Below, in pieces: positions 25,691 to 32,000 of a stretch of 32,000 nucleotides of DNA (position 1 is its first letter; every line of letters begins with the position of its first letter). The DNA is from Methylorubrum extorquens (GTDB lineage Bacteria > Pseudomonadota > Alphaproteobacteria > Rhizobiales > Beijerinckiaceae). The translations under genes were made by a program, and so were the position numbers. The stretch spans positions 750,001 through 782,000 of the forward strand of contig LT962688.1 of NCBI GenBank assembly GCA_900234795.1. The letters run 5' to 3'. Below the pieces are notes generated by a model that did no database searches, was not told the origin of the DNA, and worked only from the letters and a program-made list of their open reading frames with translations.

Positions 25691-26425
25691 TCAGGCGTCG
25701 GGCATCGCCGACTGGATGAGACGGTCAGAGGACAGATCCTCCTCGTCATACCCGAGGAGTTCGGCGAGACGGCCGCGGGCGCGGCTGACGCGGCTCTTCA
25801 CCGTGCCGACCTTGCAGCCCATGATGGTCGCGGCCTCCTCGTAGGAGACGCCCTCGGCGCCCACCAGCACGAGGGCCTCGCGCTGGTCCGGCGGCAGCTT
25901 GGCGAGCGCCGTCTGCAGATCCTCGACATCGAGCCGGTCGCCCTGATGCGGCGCGGTCGCGAGGCGGGCGGCGTAGGAGCCGTCCTGATCCTCGACCTCG
26001 CGCACGCGCTTGCGGTGATCCGAGTAGAAGATGTTGCGCAGGATCGTGAAGAGCCACGCGTTGAGGTTCGTGCCCGGCTGGAAGCGGGCGCGGTGCTGCC
26101 AACCCTTGAGCAGGGTGTCCTGCACGAGGTCGTCGGAGCGCGCGGGGTTCGAGGTCAGCGACAGGGCGAAGGCGCGCAAGGACGGCACCGCGGAGAGCAG
26201 GCCGTTGCGGAATTCGGGATCGATCCGCTCGCCCTGCGCCTTGAGGGCCGCTTCGAGCTTGCCGATCAGTTCGGAGAAGCGGGACGGTGTGTCCTCGCCC
26301 GCGCCGAGCGTGTCGTACACGCTGCGCAGATGATCGCCGAGATGGCTGCGGATTGAGTCGGAAAGTTTGGGACGGCCGTCTGTCATCGCGGGACGATCCA
26401 GGGTCGCTTCGGTATCGTTACGCAT
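25691..26425 (-). CDS. ECF sigma factor (EcfG/SigT-like) with a ~65-aa NepR-like N-terminal extension
   Basis: ORF 25691..26506, with the start taken at the ATG at 26425 (MRNDTE..., GAAGAG upstream). Region 2 reads DDLVQDTLLKGWQHRARFQPGTNLNAWLFTILRNIFYS. Region 4 reads LPPDQREALVLVGAEGVSYEEAATIMGCKVGTVKSRVSRARGRL. The N-terminal segment LGDHLRSVYDTLGAGEDTPSRFSELIGKLE follows the NepR pattern. Confidence 0.85.
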   Translation of the reverse strand: MRNDTEATLDRPAMTDGRPKLSDSIRSHLGDHLRSVYDTLGAGEDTPSRFSELIGKLEAALKAQGERIDPEFRNGLLSAVPSLRAFALSLTSNPARSDDLVQDTLLKGWQHRARFQPGTNLNAWLFTILRNIFYSDHRKRVREVEDQDGSYAARLATAPHQGDRLDVEDLQTALAKLPPDQREALVLVGAEGVSYEEAATIMGCKVGTVKSRVSRARGRLAELLGYDEEDLSSDRLIQSAMPDA

Positions 26426-26672
26426 CGGGCTCTTCGCGATCGGGACTTTTCGGCAATGCCGGCGCAGTGCCGCACACGGGGCAGGCCCCGGCACGGCCCT
26501 TAACATAGTTGTAGCGCATCGGCCCGATCACGCACACCCGCGCCACGCGAAATACTGCCACGCTTGCACACCAGACGGTAGTCTGTCGCCCGAAGAGTGA
26601 GATGATTCGCCGATCCTGCCGCTTGAATGCGGCAAATCGGCAGGCCCCTCCGCCTTTCCCGATCGATCGCCC

Positions 26673-27495
26673 TCAGACCGCGCCGTGGATCTCCGGCATC
26701 GGCCGCGCGCGCCGCCGCGTCGCGCCCTTCCGCACCCGCACCACCCCGTCGGTGAGAACGAGGGTGTCGCCGCGCTCCAGTTCGGTCCACGTCTCGTCCC
26801 GGGTCAGCGCCCGCGTGGCGATCATGGTGACGATATCGGTCTCGGTGGTCTCCTGAGCGAAATCGACCCGCCAATCCTCGTCGATCAGCGTCGCCGTGCC
26901 GAACGGCGCCCGGCGGGTGAGGTAGCAGAGCCGCTTGCCGCAATGGGCGTAGAGCACGCGGCTGTCGGAAAGCAGCATGTTGAACACGCCGCGCTCCGAA
27001 AGGATGAGGGCGTAACCCGCAATCGCCGCCTCCAGGGTCGCGGCGCGGGGCGGCTTGGGGAAGCGCTCCTGAAGCTGCGACAGCATCCAGCAGAAGGCGT
27101 GTTCGCTGTCGGTGGTGCCGACCGGCTCGAACCGGCCGAGCGGCAGCCGCTTCACGCCCTTGAGCTGGCCGTTATGGGCGAAGGTCCAGCGCCGGCCCCA
27201 CAGCTCGCGGGAGAAGGGGGTGGGTGTTCTCCAGGCTGACGCGCCCGCGATTGGCCTTGCGGACATGCGCGACGACGATGCGGCTCTTGATCGGATAGCG
27301 GCGCAGGAGCTTGGCGAGTTCGGAGCGGGCGCTGGGCTCGGGATCGTGAAAGGAGCGGCAGCCGCGCCCCTCGTAGAAGGTGATGCCCCAGCCGTCGGCA
27401 TGCGGGCCGGTCTCGCCGCCGCGCCGGGCCAAAGCCGCGAAGGAGAAGCGGATATCGGTCGGCACATTCGCGCTCATTCCGAGCAGTTCGCACAT
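26673..27495 (-). pseudogene. yafJ: Class II glutamine amidotransferase, YafJ-like, frameshifted as sequenced
   Basis: [19 protein letters not shown]...[10 protein letters not shown]...[20 protein letters not shown] is in ORF 27172..27579. The continuation [18 protein letters not shown]...TDSEHAFCW...GVFNMLLSD...TRRAPFG is in ORF 26673..27467. The frames join if one G is removed from the G5 run at 27216-27220. Confidence 0.8.
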
Positions 27496-27553
27496 GGTGG
27501 CCGGGGTCTTCTGCGTCGCGCGCGGTAGGATCGAGAGAGGCGGGGAGGGGAAA

Positions 27554-28784
27554 CTAGGAAGCTTCGGGGGGAGGAACAACCGATTTGCGGTGCATGTCCC
27601 CCGCCGCCGCGCCCGGTCTCCCGCGCGCGCGCTCGCGGCCCGGCCAGACGGGGGTGACGGCGAGACCCGGAATCAGGCGGCGGACCGCGGGCGCCAATCC
27701 CAGGGCGAGCCCGATCATTCCCGCGAGCGCCAGAAGGTCGGTGAGGCCGACGCGGAAGTGGCCGCGGAAGGCGGGCGTGACGAACCAGAACAGTTCGGCG
27801 AGATGGACCGCGACGGCGAGCGCCGCCACCAGCCGCGTGCGGTTCTCGCCGGGACGCAGGGTCAGGATGGCGGCCAGCCCCACGACGACGGCCGCGGACA
27901 GCGCCAAGGCGCGGCCGGAAAAGCCCGCGCGCAACCGGTACCACGCGGCGGCCCCCCGGATCGGCGGCGGCGCCGAGCATCAGGAACTGCACGACGTGCA
28001 GGCCGGCCCAGACGAGCAGCAGCACGGCGAGCGGCGTGAGCCGATCGTGCCGGCGCCGGGCAGGCCCGGCATCGGGCGGCGCGACGAGGATCGCGGCGGC
28101 GAGCGCCAGACTCGACCACGCCGCCAGCACCAGCAGGCCGAAGGCGCTGGCATGGAAGCGCTGGCCAGGATCGGTTCCAACCGACATGACGAGATCGTCC
28201 GCGGCCAACGTGCCGACCACGGTGTGGAGGCCGAGGCCGAGCACAGCCCGCCCGTCGTCGATCCGGCCAGCCTTGGCCCAGGGCTCGCCGCCGCGGCGGG
28301 CGAAGAGCAGGGCGAGCCCGGTCCAGAGCGCGAAGTAGAGGGCGAGGCGGGCGGCGAGCAGCGGCGGCGCGGCCCCGAACAGGGCGAGCGGGCCATCCGG
28401 CCCGGCGCTATCCGGCGCCGGGTAGAGCAGGAAGGCGGCCACCGGGATCGGCAGAGCGAGGATCGCGGCCACCGGCATCAGCACGAGCAGGCCGCGCAGG
28501 GTCTCCAGCAATGCGGTCTCGGGCTGCGGGCGCCACGCATCGGCCCGCTCGATCATGATGACGACGGGCAAAGCACCCGCCGGCAGCGCGAGGAGGCAGG
28601 TCCAGGCGGCGAGATAGGACGGCGCGAGCCGGGGCAGTCCGGCATGGTGGAACGCCAGCAGCAGGCAGGCCAGTCCGGCCGCGAAGGCCGCTGCCGGGCG
28701 GCGGGCCGGATCGCGGAAATAGGCGCTGGCGGATTTCGCCCCCGTCGCCTTGCGGGCGGCGCCGCCCTTCTCCTCCGCGCTCAC
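27554..28784 (-). pseudogene. Polytopic membrane protein resembling ActF of Alternative Complex III, degenerate, frameshifted as sequenced
   Basis: The GTG start at 28784 overlaps the upstream stop (GTGA). The body lies in ORF 27474..30575 down to ...LLVWAGLHVVQFLMLGAAADPG, and continues (AAAWYRLRAGFSG...HLAELFWFVTPAF...) in ORF 27554..27934. The frames join if one C is removed from the C6 run at 27952-27957. QFLMLGAAADPGAAAWY aligns with my recollection of the ActF signature QF[LM]LIWY.N.PEE..Y[FY]. Confidence 0.55.
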
Positions 28785-30709
28785 CGCTGCGGCTCCCCGG
28801 CGGCGAGGCCGTACAGGGCGAGGGGACGTCCCGCATCCGTCGGCAGGGCGTTGAGGCGCCGGGCGAGGGCCGCCGGAATGAACGGCGCGCCGGAGGGCTC
28901 GATCGTCAGCACGAAATGTCCGGCGAGGGCGGAGGGGGGGAGGCGGCCGACCTGCCCGGCTCTCACAACGGACAGGAGCGCGACCGCAAGGCCGAGCACG
29001 CCGCCCGCCGCCGCCGCGGAGAGAGCTGGCACCGCCGCCATGGCCCAGGATAACGGCCACGCGGCCGGCCAAGGCGTTGGCCAAGCGGTCGACCAGGAAT
29101 TGGGCCAGGAATCGGGCCAAGAGAGCGGGCGGGCGAGGAGTGCCGCCACGCTCGCCGGCCCGTCCGGCATGTCCCCGGCAAGGCCCACGATGCGGATGGC
29201 GAGGAAGGCCGCAAATCCGAGAAAGGCACCGAACAGGGCGAGGCGGTTCAGGCTTCGCTCCTCCCGGTGCAGGGCAGCGGCGGCCTCCGGCATCGGCACC
29301 GGACCGAAGGCGTCGAGGCGCGGCGCGCGGGGCCCCGAGAGCCCACGCGCCGCCTCGGCCAGCCCGGCCTCCGAGGCGAAGATCGCGATGAGGCCAGGGG
29401 GCTGGCCGGGGGGTTGGGCAAGGGGCTGCACGGCGAACGGGCCCGGCCGGGCGTCCGGCGCGGTCTCCGGCACCCGCGGCGCGGCGTCCGCGTTCTGGGC
29501 GAGGGCGAGTTGGCGTGTCTCGGCGATTCCGACCGGCGGCACGAGACGGAAAAGAAGCAACAGGCCGAGGACGAACAGCCCAGCGGAGCCCAGCGTCGCG
29601 ATCCCCGCGGTCAGGAGATCCGCCAGGGCCGCCCCCGTCGCCCCGATCCGCGTGGCGAGCACATGATCCGCACCGAGGCCGACGGCGACGAGGGCGCCGA
29701 TCAGGCCGAGGGCGAGGGCGCTGCGGCGGATGGCGGGGATCCAGAACAATTGCGTGGGGAGAAGCCCGGCGAGCATGAGTATCCAGAAGGCGGGCGCCTC
29801 GTCGCCGAGGAGCCGGCGCGTCAGGCGCGCCCGCTCGGCCGCGTCGCCGTAGAGAAGGGCGGTGACGATCTCGGTGACGTGGCAATAGAGGGCGGCCAGG
29901 CCGAAGGCGAGCAGTAGCCGCCCCAGGATGTCGAGGTGGCGGCCGGTGATGAGGCCGTCGAGCCCGCGGCCTCGGCGCAGGGTCATGGCGAGTGCCGCGA
30001 TCAGCCCGGCGCCCGAGAGCACCGCCTCGACCAGCAGGGCGACCGGAAGCAGGGTGTCGTGCCGGTCGGTGCGAAGGGCGGCCGCCAGCGCGAGGTCGAT
30101 CAGCACCGCCACCGCCGCGAGAATGCCGAGCAGGCCGAACCCCCGGCAAGCCCGCTCCCAGGCGAGCCATTGCAGCGCCGAGCCGCACCAGCCGGCGGAG
30201 AGCGCTCGGTAGAGGCGGGCGCGTCGGCGATCCGGCCCCGCGGCGTCGCGCAACACCGCCAGATCTGGCAGGAGCGGCGCCGCCCACAGGCCGAGGCTCG
30301 CCAGGAGCAAGGCCCCGAGGCTCACCGGATGGACCGGCACCGGATAGAGCGCAGCGAGACCCGCGCAGAGCAGGGCAGCGGTCTGTGTCAGGCGGCCGAT
30401 TCCGCAGCGCCAGGCCACGCCCGCGAGTAGCAGCAGCCCCGAGATCAGCAGGCACCCCGCGGCGAGCCCGATCCACCACGCGGCGGCGGCCGGACCGAAC
30501 GCGGCCGGCACGGTCGAGCGCAGACCGGCCCAGACGAGGATCGGGACGAGCGTTCCGGCAACGGCGAGCCACCAAAGGCGGCCGGCCGGCGCGAGCACGC
30601 TCCCCGCGAGCGCGGCAGCGATCGAGGTGACCGTCTCGTCGGGCCCGATCACCGGCGCGCCGTAGAGGGGAACGGTCTCGGCGGCAGGTGGAAACGCGCG
30701 TTCGGTCAT
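28781..30709 (-). CDS. Fusion of an NrfD/ActC-like membrane domain and an ActD (DUF3341)-like domain (642 aa)
   Basis: Internal ATG at 30709 of ORF 28781..31102 (MTERAFPPAAETVPLYGAPVIGPDETVTS...). PLLPDLAVLRDAAGPDRRRARLYRALSAGWCGSALQWLAWE matches my recollection of the ActC signature LLPDFAMLRD......Y..LS.GW.GS...W..FE. The C-terminal part LIAIFASEAGLAEAARGL...LDAFGPVPMPE...RLALFGAFLGF...HFVLTIEPSGAPF follows the DUF3341/ActD layout. Confidence 0.6.
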   Translation of the reverse strand: MTERAFPPAAETVPLYGAPVIGPDETVTSIAAALAGSVLAPAGRLWWLAVAGTLVPILVWAGLRSTVPAAFGPAAAAWWIGLAAGCLLISGLLLLAGVAWRCGIGRLTQTAALLCAGLAALYPVPVHPVSLGALLLASLGLWAAPLLPDLAVLRDAAGPDRRRARLYRALSAGWCGSALQWLAWERACRGFGLLGILAAVAVLIDLALAAALRTDRHDTLLPVALLVEAVLSGAGLIAALAMTLRRGRGLDGLITGRHLDILGRLLLAFGLAALYCHVTEIVTALLYGDAAERARLTRRLLGDEAPAFWILMLAGLLPTQLFWIPAIRRSALALGLIGALVAVGLGADHVLATRIGATGAALADLLTAGIATLGSAGLFVLGLLLLFRLVPPVGIAETRQLALAQNADAAPRVPETAPDARPGPFAVQPLAQPPGQPPGLIAIFASEAGLAEAARGLSGPRAPRLDAFGPVPMPEAAAALHREERSLNRLALFGAFLGFAAFLAIRIVGLAGDMPDGPASVAALLARPLSWPDSWPNSWSTAWPTPWPAAWPLSWAMAAVPALSAAAAGGVLGLAVALLSVVRAGQVGRLPPSALAGHFVLTIEPSGAPFIPAALARRLNALPTDAGRPLALYGLAAGEPQR

Positions 30710-31122
30710 CGGCTCAACGGTCGGCCGCAGGCTGCGCGCGACTTCGATCCTGAAGGACAAAGGCGGGCGATGGTGTGTCTCGCACGGCCATCCGGTCTCG
30801 TCCGAAGGGAGGGTGGGGAAGGGCGCTGCCGAACGGGATGGCTGGGAAATGCGGGAAAGGCTGGCCCTCCGCCCACGGACTCGAACGCGGATCGCCCGCC
30901 ATGTGCTCTCCCGCACCAAAGAGCAATGCCGCGGCGGGAATGCAATGCGACGCGCCGGCCGCGCGGGCTTGCGCCGCGGCGTTTCCGTGCGAAGAGGACG
31001 ATCCGTGACGGCTTCCTCACGCGCCAGCCCGCCGGATCGTCCTTCACAGCGCCGAAACCGTTCTCCGATGCCGCACCCCACCGCCGCGAATTCGTCGGCC
31101 ACGGCTTGGCCGGGCGCCCGGA

Positions 31123-32000
31123 ATGCCGATGGAGCGTGATCCCGTCCTGTTCGCCTGGGCCTCGTCGCCGCGTCGGCACGCGGCGGCGCTCGCGCTGGCG
31201 GTGGGCTTCGGCGGACCGCTGGCGCTGTTCGTGCTGCTGTGCCTGCGCGACCTCATCGCGGTGCTGACCCGCAGCAGCCCGGACTTCCTGCCCTTCCTGC
31301 GGATCGCCCTGCCGCTGCCGGGCCATCACGGACACGAAGCGCCGATCCTGTTCCCGGGCTGGAGCCTGCCGCCGACGGAACTGCCGCTGATCGCGCTGAC
31401 TTCGCTGGCCGCCGCAGCCCTGCTGCTGGCCGCCCTCGGGGCCGCGGTCGCGTATCTCTGCTTCTCCGTCCAGGCCCGGGCCACGGCGCGGCTGCGGGCG
31501 CGGGCCACCGAAGCGATCCTCGCCTCGCCGCCCGGTGCCCGCGAGGATCTCCGGGCGCTGCCCGGCCTCGTCGGCCAAGCGCTGGCGCGGATGGGCCCGC
31601 TCGCGGCGGTCGGCATCGTCGTGCCCGGCCTGACGCTCGCCGCGATCCTGCTGGCCCTCGTCATGGCGGAACTCGCGGCCCCGCGCCTCGTGCCGGTGAT
31701 CGCGCTTTTGCTCGCTGCCGTCGGGCTGGCGCGGGTCCTGCTCGCCAGCCGCACCGCCGCCCGGCGCAGCCTGCGCCTCGCCGACACTGCCGCGACGGAG
31801 GCGGGCCTGCGCGACCTGATCCGGCGGATGCCGGCGGTGCGCGCCCACGGGGCGGCGGCGTTCGAGCGACGCCGCCTGGGGCTGCGGGCACGGGCGGCGC
31901 GCAGCGCGCTGGTACGGGCCGAGGCCCGGCTCGCCTATGCGCGGGCCCCGGCGCTCGCGCTTGTCGTGATCCTGCCCGCCCTCCTCGTCGCCACCGCCCT
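31123..32000 (+). CDS. ABC exporter, N-terminal transmembrane domain; the 3' end runs off the window
   Basis: Not in the ORF track because there is no stop in the window. My translation from the ATG at 31123/31129 reads MPMERDPVLFAWASSPRRHAAALALAVGFGGPLALFVLLCLRDLIAVL... It has several hydrophobic helices, Arg-rich loops and strong G/C third-position bias. The 380-aa minus-strand ORF 30706..31848 is its antisense shadow. Confidence 0.5.
   Translation, partial: MPMERDPVLFAWASSPRRHAAALALAVGFGGPLALFVLLCLRDLIAVLTRSSPDFLPFLRIALPLPGHHGHEAPILFPGWSLPPTELPLIALTSLAAAALLLAALGAAVAYLCFSVQARATARLRARATEAILASPPGAREDLRALPGLVGQALARMGPLAAVGIVVPGLTLAAILLALVMAELAAPRLVPVIALLLAAVGLARVLLASRTAARRSLRLADTAATEAGLRDLIRRMPAVRAHGAAAFERRRLGLRARAARSALVRAEARLAYARAPALALVVILPALLVATA

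Noticed and set aside
27585-31848. Plus-strand ORF 27585..29666 (693 aa), other plus-strand ORFs over the ActCDF-like genes, and the 380-aa minus-strand ORF 30706..31848
   Set aside because: The translations are extremely Arg/Pro/Gly/Ala-rich and hydrophilic. The opposite strands encode coherent polytopic membrane proteins (the ActC/D/F-like genes and the ABC transmembrane domain).

Overview
High-GC alphaproteobacterial chromosome segment. The gene content and protein sequences look Hyphomicrobiales/Methylobacterium-like, which is an inference. I found no rRNA, tRNA, CRISPR array, IS element or prophage.

Gene order:
- pepP (partial, -), prmA (-)
- two small ORFs behind a perfect sigma-EcfG-type promoter
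- an orphan frameshifted modA
- a Lys-rich hydrophilic protein (-)
- argC
- a 935-bp non-coding region
- a zinc-less MucR/Ros paralogue
- a small lower-GC ORF
- a NadQ/NrtR-like regulator (-)
- thiE-thiD
- a frameshifted XRE-cupin regulator
- an ~8.4-kb gene (-) for a ~2,800-aa membrane-anchored repeat protein resembling the Rhizobiales growth-pole-ring protein GPR/RgsE
- an HPt protein, a 2Fe-2S ferredoxin, and a CoxE-like VWA protein (-)
- a hypothetical ORF
- a second zinc-less MucR/Ros paralogue
- an EcfG-like ECF sigma factor (-) with a NepR-like N-terminal extension
- a frameshifted YafJ-like class II amidotransferase (-)
- an orphan, degenerate ActF-like gene plus an ActC-ActD fusion (-), i.e. 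Alternative Complex III membrane subunits without any redox subunit
- the start of an ABC exporter (+)

Points that cut across genes:
- Five genes are broken by single short-repeat indels. This looks more like homopolymer sequencing error than decay.
- A short motif, ATCCAC(A/G)GG, recurs only in intergenic regions, including a 20-bp-phased triple array.
- A ~58-bp repeat sits in two 5' leaders.
- Most long ORFs in the track that lie opposite real genes are codon-aligned antisense shadows typical of high-GC DNA.

All family assignments come from reading the translations by eye. No database search was run.
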